DNA from: Octopus vulgaris
Taxonomy: Eukaryota
Assembly: GCA_951406725.2 (NCBI GenBank)
Contig: OX597823.1
Coordinates: 18,848,001-18,912,000 of the forward strand
DNA: 64,000 nucleotides
Direction of reading: 5' to 3'
In this document: positions 1 through 13,300 of the stretch, in pieces
Layout of the letters: each line of letters opens with the position of its first letter
How positions within the stretch are numbered: position 1 is the first letter of the stretch
Translations under genes and position numbers: made by a program
The notes under the pieces: model-generated
Told to the model about the DNA's origin: nothing
Database searches by the model: none
The model's input: only the letters and a program-made list of their open reading frames with translations

Positions 1-509
1 AATTTTTCCTTCGTTTAGACATAACAGCCTTTAATGTTTGTGTTACTGTTATTCTCCTTGTCCTGTCTTTTACTGTTTTTATTTGTATTGTTTTTACTGT
101 CCTGTTTTTGTTACCACTTTTACCCCTCCGCAAAAAATCTTAAATTTCATTTAATTTGCTTTGCGGGAAGGACTGCTTCAACGAAGTCGTGTCTCGCCTT
201 TACCTTCGAAACACGGAGTAGACGAAACAGAGGCGGCTGAAGAAGGGGAATTTTCCTTGTGTTGTATGTCTTGTACTCTGTTTTTTCGTTGGTTAAAAAA
301 ATATCCGTTTCCTTGGTATTATTTTTATGTTTTCGTTTCTCATTGTGTTCGACGTTTTTTTGGTGTCCTGTACCCATATATGCATGTATATATACATACA
401 GATGTTGGTACGTACATATATGTATGTATATATGCATATGTTTTATTTATTATTTTGTTATTATATGATGGAACGCCACGCATCCACTTCCAAGTAAGTT
501 TTGTCTTAT

Positions 510-660
510 ATACATACATACATACATACATACATACATACATACATTCATGCATACATACATACATACATACATACATACATACATTCATGCATACATA
601 CATATATACTTATATACATACAAACATGCATGAACACATACATACATACATACATACTTA
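510..660. repeat. (TACA)n microsatellite
   Basis: Direct tandem TACA/CATA units. Confidence 0.95.
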
Positions 661-1019
661 CCATGCATCCATACATGATGATGATTGCCTCATTTTGTCA
701 GATGACAGCCGTCTCACATTCAACCTCATTGTTCTGATTTATTTTCATCCTTGCATGTGCGCGGATATGACTTTTCGTCGTGTGTCCATTGTCATAGAAC
801 TTTATAACATCAAGAAAGGAAATGAATAGTGAGACATCTGCACGTCACTGGATTTAAATGAGAAAAGCTTCAACAATTCTTTTGCCATTCTCTCGGTAGT
901 CATTGTCAGTTCCCAGTGCTAAGCATTACAGGATGTCTGATACTGTTTTGACTGAAATTTTTATGTCAGAGTATCTTTCTCCCAGAAGAGTTACTTTCGC
1001 TATGGCTTTGTCAATAATA

Positions 1020-1610
1020 ACGGGAGCTGGCAGAAACGTTAACACGCCGGGAAAAAATGCTTAGCGGTATTTCGCTTGCCGTTACGTTCTGGGTTCAAAT
1101 TCCGCCGAGATCGACTTTGCCTTTCATCCTTTTAGGGTCGATAAATTAAGTACCAGTTGCGCAATGGGGTAGATCTAATCGACTCGTCCCCTCTCAGTTG
1201 TATTATATCCAATGTAAGATGAAAGGCGGTGAGCTGGCAGAAACGGTAGCACGCCGGGCGAAATGCTTAGCGGTATTTCGTCTGCCGTTACGTTGTGAGT
1301 TCAAATTCCGCCGAGGTCGACTTTGCCTTTCATCCTTTCGAGGTGGATGAATTAAGTGCCAGTTGCGCACTGGGGTCGATATAATCGACTTAATCCGTTT
1401 GTCCTCTCTGTGTTTAGCCCCTTGTGGGTAGTAAAGAAATAGGTAATTCGTCTGTCTTTATGTTCTGAGTTCAAATGCCGTCGGGGTCGACTTTGCCTTT
1501 CATGCTATCGTGGATCGATAAATTAAGTATCAGTTGCGTATTGGAGTCGATCTAATCGACTGACCTCTTACCCCAAACTTTCGAACCTTATACATAGAGT
1601 AGAAAAGAAT
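1020..1610 (+). mobile_element. SINE family A copies (tRNA-like head, Meta/MESC-like core)
   Basis: Head GGCGG(C/T)GAGCTGGCAGAA...GAGTTCAAATTCC (A/B-box-like), then GAGGTCGACTTTGCCTTTCATCCTTTCGGGGTCGATAAATTAAGTACCAG; recurs many times in the window. Confidence 0.85.
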
Positions 1611-1794
1611 AATAACGGGAGCCCTCCTGTATTCCTGGGAAATATTTTAAACCCATAAATGGAACCCTAACAGGTACTACAGTTCCAGGGACAAGCAGAC
1701 CTGGGAGTAATGGTAATTAAGGGTTGACACCACGCTCCCCACAACTCCAGAGCCCCCGTGCTGGGGCCCCACCACCAGATGCAATTTAACGCAA

Positions 1795-1971
1795 CATACA
1801 AACATACATACATACATACATACATACATACATACATACATACATACATACATACATACATACATACATACATACATACATACATACATACATACATACA
1901 TACATACATACATACATACATACATACATACAAACATACATACATACATACATACATACATACATACATAC
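1795..1971. repeat. (TACA)n microsatellite
   Basis: Near-perfect tandem array. Confidence 0.95.
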
Positions 1972-2425
1972 AGAAATCTGCTGTTATTCTATCCAGATTA
2001 CAAGTTCAGTTTTATACCTGTAATTAGTGGAACCTTGAGATATGTAACACGCTGCCAAAATACCAATTTTGAGAAATTAGGTTTCTTAAAACCAGAAATT
2101 TAAAGACCTCAGATGCAATCCATCGCTGGAATTGTAAAAATCTGTAAAACTTTCCAGAAGTTTATCACTTAAATATATGAGCATGTCTAGATATGTAATT
2201 ATATGCATGAGAATACATACATAAAACACACACACATACATACATACATACATACATACGTACATACATACATACATACATACATACATACATACATACA
2301 TACATACACACACACAAAAAACCCTGCTGTTGATGTTGAAATTCCAATGAAGGAGCCTTGGATCTTGGTTAGAAACCGGTTCTTTCTTTGTTGGCAAGAA
2401 ATCTTCAAATAAACTGAATAATGAC
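1972..2425 (+). mobile_element. 5'-truncated R4/Dong-like RLE non-LTR retrotransposon 3' end within (TACA)n
   Basis: Translates RNLLLFYPDYKFSFIPVISGTLRYVTRCQNTNFEKLGFLKPEI*RPQMQSIAGIVKICKTFQKF*, resembling the RLE C-terminus (IPxxxGxLG...GTVKICK); putative 3' UTR runs into CATA repeats. Confidence 0.7.
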
Positions 2426-2674
2426 ATACATACATACATAGACACGCACACACATACATACATACATACATACATACATACATACATACATACATACATA
2501 CATACATACATACATACATACATGTAGTGACCAGCTGTTACATATACCTTGCTACTCCAATATGTAAGAGTGATAGTAAAATTATGCAAGACTTTCCAAA
2601 AGGTCACTGTTTTTATTCAAATTTCAGCGATAAAGTTTCGTTTCCGAATTAGAAAGCAGTTGCTTCTGCGCGTG

Positions 2675-2804
2675 AATAAGTTAAATAATAAAAAAAAAAA
2701 CGGGACACACGCATACACATATACATACATAACATGCATACGTAGCATTTATACATATACACACAATATTAATACATGCATACCAACTCATAGTCATACA
2801 TGCA

Positions 2805-2835
<31 letters not shown>

Positions 2836-2896
2836 GTACATACATGCATACATACATACATACAAACATACATACATGCATACATGCATACATGCA

Positions 2897-2927
<31 letters not shown>

Positions 2928-3000
2928 GTACATGCATGCATACATACATACGTACATACATACATACATACATACATACATACATACATACATACATACA

Positions 3001-3031
<31 letters not shown>

Positions 3032-3449
3032 GTACATACACCCGCATATTCATACATATGCATAGACATATAAAGAACTATACATACATGCATACTTTAA
3101 CACGTAGATTTACATACAGGTGCATATTTAAGTATAGCCATATATACGTACACACAAATATATTCGCAAGCACATGCATCCGTATACACACATACATGCG
3201 ATTATACACACACAAATACCAATACGCATTTGTAGTATGTATGCTAGTTACTGCGTGTACATATATATTTATATACATACATGTAGTGGACAGCTACATA
3301 CATTATTTGCAGATATATATTAAGTCACACGCACACTATATAGCTATACTTAAATATACACCTGTATGTAAATCTACGTGTTAAAGTATGCATGTATGTA
3401 TAATTCTTTATATGTCTATGCATATGTATGAATATGCGGGTGTATGTAC

Positions 3450-3480
<31 letters not shown>

Positions 3481-3671
3481 TGTATGTATGTATGTATGTA
3501 TGTATGTATGATTGTATGTATGTATGCATGTATGTATGTATGCATGTATGTACATATGTATGTATGTATGCATGTATGTATGTATGTATGTATGTATGTA
3601 TGTATGTACATATGTATGTATGCATGTATGTATGTATGTGTATGTATGTATGTATGTATGTATGTATGTAC

Positions 3672-3702
<31 letters not shown>

Positions 3703-3719
3703 TGTATGCATGTATGTAC

Positions 3720-3750
<31 letters not shown>

Positions 3751-3783
3751 TGTATGTATGTATGTATGTATGCATGTATGTAC

Positions 3784-3814
<31 letters not shown>

Positions 3815-3839
3815 TGTATGTATGTATGCATGTATGTAC

Positions 3840-3870
<31 letters not shown>

Positions 3871-4071
3871 TGTATGTATGTATGTATGCATGTATGTATG
3901 TATGTATGTATGTATGTATGTATGTATGTATGCATGTATGACTATGAGTTGGTATGCATGTATTAATATTGTGTGTATATGTTATATATGTATAAATGCT
4001 ACGTATGTATGTTATGTATGTATATATGTATGCGTGGGTCCCGTTTTTTTGTTTTTATTATTTAACTTATT
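2675..4071. repeat. Long inverted repeat (arms 2675-3144 and 3337-4071) containing TACA/TATG arrays
   Basis: Non-microsatellite segments (AATAAGTTAAATAATA, CACCCGCATATTCATAC, TTAACACGTAGATTTAC) appear reverse-complemented in the right arm. Confidence 0.9.
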
Positions 4072-4876
4072 TGGGGGTTTGCTGTGGGTTAAAGGAATGA
4101 ACCAGGCTATTTATCATTCGAATATAACAACTACAACTACAAACGTTTCTGATTAAGGCAACAAAAACACAAATTAGCAATTAGTGTGATTAAACCTGAT
4201 TGTAAAATAATGAAGATCTTTTTTTTAATTTTGTTTTTTTTGTTTTTGTTTTTTTTGGGGTGGGGGTGGGGTTATTTCTTGACTTCTTTATTTAACATTT
4301 TCACCAGTTCGAACTGAATGACTGTTCTAGTATCGAAACAAAATGGAGACAGAACTCTGAACAATAACAACAACGACGACAACAACGACGACGAAGGCAA
4401 TGACTTGTTACATCCAGGGTTGTATTTAATGAAACCTGTTCTGAAATGCCATGGCTAGTGTTCGTGGCGCCATCTTCCGACCTGTTCTCGTACAGCCGTG
4501 TGTCGTCTGCCAGAAACGTTTGCGTGATAAATAATGTTGTTTCTTCGACTTGTAGTTTTTTCAGTTGAGTATAATAACAACTTCTTGACTCTGTTTGAAA
4601 GTACCTTTTAACATTGCTGCCTTTTATATCTTTCTTTATTTGAAAAAGAAAAGAGTAAAAAAAAAAAAAGAAAAGAAGAAGAAAGAGAAAGGAAGAAACT
4701 CAAAGAAAATTAGCTCAAGAATTGTATATTGTAAATAAATGAATCTATTCGAGCAAGGATCGTTATGCGGTACGAAAGAAAAATTTAGTTGAAACAACTA
4801 AATATGAACCATCACTGTATTCACCCTTCTTGTTCTAATTTGTGTAGATAATGGCGGAGGTAGTAGAGGGCTTTAT

Positions 4877-4928
<52 letters not shown>

Positions 4929-4942
4929 AAATAGTAGTACTT

Positions 4943-4995
<53 letters not shown>

Positions 4996-5047
4996 GGTGG
5001 TGGTGGTGGTAGTAGTAGTAGTAGGTATAGTGGTAGTAGAAGAAGAA

Positions 5048-5114
<67 letters not shown>

Positions 5115-5195
5115 AAATAGTAGTAGTTGTAGTAGTAGTAGTGGTATTAGTAGTAGTAGAAATAGTGGTAGTAGTAGTAGAAGAAGAAGAAGAAG

Positions 5196-5227
<32 letters not shown>

Positions 5228-5235
5228 GTAGTAGC

Positions 5236-5288
<53 letters not shown>

Positions 5289-5290
5289 AA
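4877..5290. repeat. (GTA)n/(GTG)n/(GAA)n compound microsatellite
   Basis: Direct. Confidence 0.95.
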
Positions 5291-5586
5291 ATAGTGGGTA
5301 TGTGATTCAGGAGTAGTGGTATGTTGATGAACTAAACTTTGCTACACAGAAAGTCTTTTGGGTTCCATCAAAGTTGTTTCTGTTTTTTTCAAAAATCAGT
5401 CAGAGATAGAGGAGAGACAGTTTTTATGACCTTTTCAATGGTCCCTTCCAGACTAACGAAACCGGCACGGTGGAAGCGCATCCTAAACCTATTCCGCATG
5501 AAATATATGGAGAGAGATTTGGTCTGAATGTCTGCAACAAGTAAGCCTCTGCTAAAGATGCTCAAGAACCGAGTTAAGGTGTTTAA

Positions 5587-5804
5587 CCCTTTAGTGTTTA
5601 AACCGGCCATATCAGGCCAAAACTGTCTTCTTGTTTTATGCTCAAACCAGCCAGCTCTGACCTCTCACACCTACCCTACAAAGTCATTAAAATAAACAGC
5701 GACGTCATCATAATCTCAGAGTTACAAGATGCCGTACAATTAATTTAAAACAATGTAATTAAACAGGCTTTACATTTGACAGATTAATCTAAATGCTAAA
5801 GGAG
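5587..5804. mobile_element. piggyBac-like MITE
   Basis: TTAA|CCCTTTAGTGTTTA ... TAAATGCTAAAGGAG|TTAA; TTAA at 5583-5586 and 5805-5808. Confidence 0.7.
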
Positions 5805-6261
5805 TTAAACAGGCAGTGTATTGGTTTTAACAGCAGCACTGTTCCAGATATATGTGCAGTGCCTCCACTTTGGGCTTTAAGAGCTTTGTAGAGAGTCAGC
5901 AAATGAACAGAGCCGCGCTATTTTCGAGCTGCAAATAGGAAGCGTGGTCTTTATGATGCAGATTTAGCAATGTGATATATGTGAACTTGTCATGTGAGAT
6001 CACTAAGATTGTATGATCTAGCATTTCCAATTAATAAGAAGGTGGAGTATTATTCGTTATTTATGAATAGAGAGATTGAAATACTTGACTGTGTATTCCA
6101 TGTGCGTAGTTAATGCAATGCATGTTATCATTTCGCTATTGAAGCATGTTTCCGGGGCCTTTGCTAACGTCATGAAATGTCTAGGCTGTGTGTGGTTGAT
6201 GCCTGCGTACGGATGTTTCTGTAGGGTGTAAAGTATATTATCTTCAGAGGAGTGCATAATA

Positions 6262-6920
6262 CTGATTTTAAATGTTGGCACAAGGCCAGCAATATCGGCA
6301 GAGGGGTTAAGTCAATTACATCGAGTCCAGTGATCAACTGGTATTTATTTTATCGACCCCGGAAGGATGAAAGGCAAAGTCGACCTCAGTGGAATTTGAA
6401 CTTAGAACGTAAATACGGACGAAATGCCGCCAAGCATTTCGCCCGGCGTGCTAACGATTCTTATTTCTTTATTGCCCACAAAGGGCTAAACATAGAGGGG
6501 ACAAACAAGAACAGACAAAGGGATTAAGTCGATTACATCGACCCCAGTACGTAACTGGTACTTAATTTATCGACCCCGAAAGGATGAAAGACAAAGTCGA
6601 CCTCGGCAGAATTTGAACCCAGAACAGAACCTTTTCTACTCTAGCCACAAGGCCCGAAATATTTTGAGGAAGGGACCCGTCGATTAGATCGACCCCAGTA
6701 TGCAACTGGTACTTAATTTATCGACCCCGAAAGGATAAGAGGCAAAGTCGATCTCGGCGGAATTTGAACCCAGAAATAGGCAGACGAAATACCTATTTCC
6801 ATTTCATTACTACCCACAAGGGGCTAAACACAGAGGGGACAAACAAGGACAAACAAACGGATTAAGTCGATTACATCGACCCTAGTGCGTAACTGGTACT
6901 TATTTAATCGACCCCGATTA
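6262..6920 (-). mobile_element. SINE family A multimer/cluster
   Basis: Repeated reverse-complement core TCGACCCCGAAAGGATGAAAGGCAAAGTCGACCTC. Confidence 0.85.
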
Positions 6921-6936
6921 AATAGGACAGATCGTA

Positions 6937-7240
6937 GATTTTTTTATGCGCCCTTTTTAAGCCTAGCCAGGCTCATGGGCCCGATTTCCCGGTTTCTGTG
7001 GCATAAGTGCCCCCCCCCCCAGCTGGACGGGACGCCAGTCACTCGCAGCATTACTCAAGAAACAGGAAGAGAGAGAGTGAGAGAAAGCTGGAGCGAAAGA
7101 GTACAACAGGGGTCGCCACCACTCCCTGCCGGAGCCTTGTGGAGCTTTAGGTGTTTTCGCTTATAAACACACACAACGCCCGGTCTGGGAATCGAAACCG
7201 CGAGTCCGATGCCCTAACCACCGGGCCATTGCGCCTCCAC
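6937..7240 (-). mobile_element. SINE family B (tRNA-like head GTGGAGGCGCAATGGCCC), tail type 1
   Basis: Head at right end; imperfect TSD GACAG(A/G)TCGTAG on both sides. Confidence 0.85.
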
Positions 7241-7719
7241 AGACAGGTCGTAGTAGTAGTAGTAACGTCAAAATGTCTCCAGAACACTAGACTTAATATG
7301 AGTTAAGTGTCAATAAACTTATCATCTCCTACCTTAAACTTTGTCTTATTAATCAATAACATCCACCTGTTTAGCAATATTTACTTACGAGACAGCTTCT
7401 ATAAAGTCGTTCGTCCTAATAGAAACAGTAGCCGAACCTCCCTCAAATTGCACTCTACCATCGCAAAATTGAACACCTGAAAATGTGACAAATATACGCG
7501 AAATATTTTTAATATTCATTGACAAACTGCCAGTGTAGAGTAAAAGCTAAGCTACTGTTCAGTCAAGCTTCCTGACACAGTTTCGATTCCTGGTACAAGT
7601 AGATTAATATCACGTTCTAAGGAAAAGCTGCATAATATCACTAATGTTCTTAGGAAAAACACAGCTGTCACAACGTTACGTTATCAACGCAATTTCATTT
7701 CTAGATTTAAACAAATATA

Positions 7720-8130
7720 TTTCTCTTACATTCTAGGCACAAGGTCGAAATTTGGGGGAGGGGACGAGTCGATTAGAACTGGTACTTAATTTATCGATCC
7801 CGAAAGGATGAAAGGCAAAGTCGACCTCGGCGGAATTTGAACTCAGAATATATAGACAGACGAAATACCGCTAAGCATTTCGACCGTGCTAACGTTTCTT
7901 ATTTCTTTATTGCCCACAAGGGGCTAAACATAGAGGGGACAAACAAGGACAGACAAACGGATTAAGTCGATTACATCGACCCCAGTGCGTAACTGGTACT
8001 TAATTTATCAACCCCGAAAGGTTGAAAGGCAAAGTCGAACTCGGCGGAATTTGAACTCAGAACGTAACAGCAGACGAAATACCGCAAAGTATTTCACCCG
8101 GCGTGCTAACGTTTCTGCCAGCTCGCCACC
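7720..8130 (-). mobile_element. SINE family A dimer
   Basis: Core and head GCCAGCTCGCC match family A. Confidence 0.85.
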
Positions 8131-8359
8131 TTTCATCTTACATTGGCTATAATACAACTGGTTGTGTTGCATCCTTCAGTGCAGGTGTATATCATCAGGT
8201 AAAAAAGATACCTCGCTCAATATCTTTGGTTTCGCTTGGTTCGCTTATACGGCATGTTGTTATTGCCAGTAGGTTATTGGTTACAATGACAGGAGATGGA
8301 TACAGTTTCCGGGTTATAACCGGTTAATGGATCTACCTATGGTTATTATATCATATGTA

Positions 8360-8570
8360 TATGTATGTGTGTGTGTGTGTGTTTGATTTTGTATTGTGGT
8401 TTCCCGCCACCACAGCTGGACAATTGATGTTGGTTTGTTCAGCAAAAATGGATTTATAGAATAAGTACCAGGCTTTTAAAGAAATAAATCTTGGGTCGAT
8501 TTGTTCGATTAAAACCCTACAAGACCGGCTCCAGCATGGTCGTAGTCCAAAGACTTTAACAAATAAAAGA
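8360..8570 (+). mobile_element. Diverged 3' half of SINE family C
   Basis: GAATAAGTACCAGGC...GCTCCAGCATGG resembles the family C tail. Confidence 0.6.
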
Positions 8571-8571
8571 C

Positions 8572-8602
<31 letters not shown>

Positions 8603-8635
8603 TGTATGTATGTATGTATGTATGTATGTATGTAT

Positions 8636-8937
8636 GCGCGGGGACATAGAAATAATCGGACTGAATACCCGATCGTGCGATTAAACCATTGGGAGTGAAG
8701 GACTCGTTGCCTTTGTTAGGGCATCCTTCTAGGAGAAGGTAACTGGGATAACTCCGACAAAAAACCTGCGGCTCAGTGGTTACCGATGATGTTGACTTGT
8801 TCATCTTTTCGGATTATGGCTGCTGTTGCTTAGTGAGTGGGACTGACTCAGTGCACAGCCTTTCCTCACTTTAAAAAAAAACTTCTTGCATAAGCTTCGT
8901 GCAATGGCCATACTCGATAACGAGGGGGCAGCCACCA
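8636..8937 (+). mobile_element. Short interspersed element between (TATG)n tracts, possibly RTE 5'-UTR related
   Basis: GC-richer block with GGGCATCC...AGGAGAAGGTAACT motif recalled from RTE-type leaders; bounded by TATG repeats. Confidence 0.35.
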
Positions 8938-9152
8938 TGTATGTATGTATGTATGTATGTATGGCGGCAGAGAGCAAAATGCCATGTGACATTCATTTAG
9001 CCCTGTCCTTTTCGTTATCAGTTCAAACCATACCGCAATTGGCTTTGCTTTACCTAAGCCAGAATTCATTATAAACAGAGATGAGCCAATAGATTGGCGA
9101 AAGGATTGGGGTGTTGGATTAAATCTCCTGCAGTATTATTAAAACTCCTTAA

Positions 9153-9565
9153 TAAGGAGACGAGCTGGCAGAATCGTTAGCCCACCGGGCGAAATGCTTA
9201 GCAGTATTTCGTCTGCCGCTACGTTCTGTGTTCAAATTCCGCCGAGGTCGACTTCACCTTTCATCCTTTCGGAGTCGATAAATTAAGTACCAGTTGCGTA
9301 CTGGGGTCGATCTAATCGACTGCCCCCCTCCCCCCAAATTTCCGGCCTTGTGCCTTGAGTAGAAAAGAATCGATGGCACGCCGGGCGAAATGCTTAGCAG
9401 TATTTCAACCGTCTTTACGTTCTGAGTTCAAATTCCGCTGAGGTTGACTTTGCCTTTCATTCTTTCAGGGTCGATAAATTAAGTACCAGTGAAACATTGG
9501 AGTCGATGTAATCGACTAGTCCCCTTCCCCAGATTTGCAGGTCTTATGCCTTTAGTAGAAAGTAT
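9153..9565 (+). mobile_element. SINE family A tandem pair
   Basis: Two head+core units. Confidence 0.85.
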
Positions 9566-10099
9566 TATTAAAATTCTTTTATGTTTTACGTTCAAATCCC
9601 ATCCTGGTTGTCTTTGAATGTGTCCAGTATCAAGAAAATAAAGTACTGCACGGCTAATGTGGGCTGAACCAATCTTCTCAAACTTCGTAGACTTTGTGTC
9701 TATATTAAAAATATTATACAATACGGGAAATAAACGAAAGAGTAAGCGTGTGTAATAGTTTTAATGTATTCCGACATCGCATATAATAACGTGAAAATAA
9801 ATGACCTTGTGATATTGTATTAATAGAAGCGGATCAAAACGATCTCCTTGCAGTCAAAACCGAAAGTTTCAACCAGAAAGCACGCTTGCTAAATGAGTTT
9901 AACTTAATTAAATTAGCAATTCGTATGCTTTAAAGAGATTAAATATCGTAAGAAAGTTTTTAGATCTTTTAAACACTACAACAATCCTGATAATTCGATA
10001 CTGTGACATCACTAATGAAATAACAAAGCTCGCCCGGGTTTGAGTAGTTTGAGTTTCTACATTATTTCAGATGACATCACGGGTTTTGCCTTATCGCTG

Positions 10100-10445
<346 letters not shown>

Positions 10446-10757
10446 TTATCGAGTTATCTTCCCAAAGCTAATTATCAAGCTCACTATCTTTTTTACTATC
10501 TACATTGTCTCTCACCTTCTTCCTTCTCTCTCTCTCTCCCTCTCTCTCTCTCCTTCTCTCTCCCTCTCTCTCTCTCTCTGTACATACACATATACACACA
10601 TGAATGTAAGTATGCATTTGTATATGTCTATGTACGTGTATCAAGTACGTAAATACATCAAGCTATTAACTTTCCTGCAATCGAATTCTATATCTACCTA
10701 TACTACTGCTACTACTGCTACTACTGCTACTGCTACTACTACTACTACTACTACTAT

Positions 10758-10798
<41 letters not shown>

Positions 10799-11287
10799 AG
10801 TACATACACATGTGCTTTCTCTTATCTCAGTCACATTTAACAGACATAAAAACATTTTCTTCACATTTCGATTCTATGTTCTGGTCGTTTGCCATGTTTT
10901 GAAACGATTGTACAAAAACCAACATTTACCGTGTCCCAGCCAGTAATTAACGAGGACCAGTAATTAACGTAGCAGCCAAATCTCCGTCACATCATATGCC
11001 CAAATCCCTTGAATCCCCTAAATGACACCCTACCAGCTAGAATAAAAGAACACGTGGGAAAATATAGTCCTAAATGCACTATATCTGAAAAAAGACAAAA
11101 TGGAACAACATTAACAAGAAACACTACTACTACTACTACTACTACTACTATTCTACTACTACTACTATTCTACTACTACTAATGCTGCTGCTGCTGCTGC
11201 TGCTACCACTTCTACCTGGCACCTGTCATAGCTGGGTGGTAGATTTAATCCATCATCCCGGTTAACACCACTTAACGTTTATATAAT

Positions 11288-11514
11288 TGAGCGGTTCGTT
11301 ACCAACCCGGCTGAAACCAGCTCTGGTTCTGAGTACAAATGTCTTATTTTCATGAGTTTTGTACTAAAATCTTCCACCAAACCTTAGTCACAATTTATGT
11401 TCCTAACACTAGCTGAATGATAACTAAGTTAATTTACTAAATTCTTGGTTATATTTAAAGTAAATGAAAGAAACACAGAGCATCCCAAAATAAATACAGT
11501 AACGAAAGGATCAA
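11288..11514. mobile_element. Degenerate piggyBac-like MITE
   Basis: Ends TTCGTTAC ... GTAACGAAAGG are inverted; flanking TTAA is decayed. Confidence 0.45.
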
Positions 11515-12498
11515 ATGCCGTTAGCGATGTCCACTCTTACAAACATTCGAATCGGGTCGCTAGTTTGCGGATAACTTTACTCTCTTTCTCTCTCACCAGT
11601 CTTGAAGGCCCTGTAAAATTCTCATGGGTGTCGCCCTTTTCTCATTTTGTCTACGCCCTGAAAATAATAGGGGTTTGAACGAGAGATCTGATGCTTGCGA
11701 AGTAAACCTCTTAAACCGTTCACCTACGTCTTCCTCCTCTCTTACCGCCAAAATGCTTATACCACGTGTTCAAACAGCCTGGTATTTACAAAAGTCAAGT
11801 TTGACTTGCAAAATTATTTCAACAAGCTACGTCAACGCGTCAAACATGTTGGCAGACAGGTATTTTCTGAATTCATACCTGATTAATCACCAATTACATA
11901 CCTGCCTATTGATCTTTCCAGTCCTTACTCGCGACTCTACATATTCACAATTCTAATGTTCCGATTGACCTCTTAGAAACTGCGTCAGCGACTTTCTTAA
12001 AACTAGTAGTATACGCATTTTCAACGAAATGTCAAAAATATCCCATCTTATGATCCAAATATAGATTTTTTCTTGATTCTTTTTCTTTTTTTAAATGTCG
12101 AACATTTCAAAAGTGAACTAGAAAACGTAGAGCTCACCTTTTTCTTCAGATGTAAATGTTAAACTCGATTATTTTACATTATTTGTTCGGTGTAATTTTC
12201 TTTCGTGGCGCTGAAGTGAGAAAACGTTGCTCAAGTCTTTAGTAAAAACTGATCAAACGTCAAGTTATACAACTTATATTTCTTTTATGACAATTTACGA
12301 CAATGACACAGCAACAAATTAGGCCATAAACCGTAAGTTCAATAAAACTCTTGCTAAACACACAGGTCATAAACAAACGTTAAGTTCAATAATTACAACT
12401 TTAAAATTCGAGGTCAATTTCTATTTGCTGTTTTGAATAGGCTGATGGCTAGTGGTGATAGCATGTTGCAGATCGCCGTTAATATTCTGTGTTAGAGA

Positions 12499-13300
12499 AA
12501 GGCGGCGAGCTGGCAGAATCGTTAGCACGCCGGGCGAAATGTTTCGCAGTATTTCGTCTGCCACTACGTTCTGAGTTCAAATTCCGCTGAGGTCGACTTT
12601 GCCTTTCATCCTTTCGGAGTCGATTAAATAAGTACCAGTTACGCACTGGGGGCGATATAATCGACTTAATCCGTTTGTCTGTCCTTGCCTGTCCCCTCTG
12701 TGTTTAGCCCCTTGTGGGTAGTAAAGAAATAGGTATTTCGTCTGCCGCTACGTTCTGAGTTCAAATTCCGCAGTGGTTGACTTTGCCTTTCATCCTTTCG
12801 GAGTCGATAAATTAAGTACCAGATGAATACTGGGGTCGATGTAATCAACTTAATCCCTTTGGCTGTCCTTGTTTGTCCCCTCTGTGTTTAGCCCCTTGTG
12901 GGTAGTAAAGAAATAGGTATTTCGTCTGCCGCTACGTTCTGAGTTCAAATTCCGCCGAGGTCGACTTTGCCTTTCATCCTTTCGGGGTCGATAAATTAAG
13001 TACCAGTTTCGCACTGAGGTCGATGTAATCGACTTAATCCGTTTGTCTGCCCTTGTTTGTCCCCTCTGTGTTTAGCCCTTTGTGTTGTGGGCAATAAAGA
13101 AATAAGAAACGTAAGCATGCCGGGCAAAATGCTTGGCGGCATTTCGTCAATCCCTATATTCTGAGTTCAAATTCTGCCGTGGTCGAATTTACTTTTTATC
13201 CTTTCAGAATAAAATAGTACCATTTGAGCGCTGGAGTCAATGCAATCGAATTACTCCCTCCCCTGAAATTGCTGGCATTGTGTCAAAATATGAAACCAAT
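12499..13300 (+). mobile_element. SINE family A multimer (one head plus about 4 body units)
   Basis: Units restart at GTATTTCGTCTGCCGCTACGTTCTGAG after tail GTAAAGAAATAG. Confidence 0.9.

Noticed and set aside
147-260. Minus-strand terminal exon after TTCCCCTTCTTCAG
   Set aside because: No recognisable protein in any frame; more likely a retroelement 3' region cut by the window edge
501-4156. Many long MYVC/YIHT ORFs (and similar ones throughout)
   Set aside because: Translations of stop-free (TACA)n, (TA)n and (CA)n microsatellites
5339-5527. hAT/Buster zinc-finger fragment (TKPARWKRIL resembling MKPSKLKRHL)
   Set aside because: Similarity too weak to call by eye
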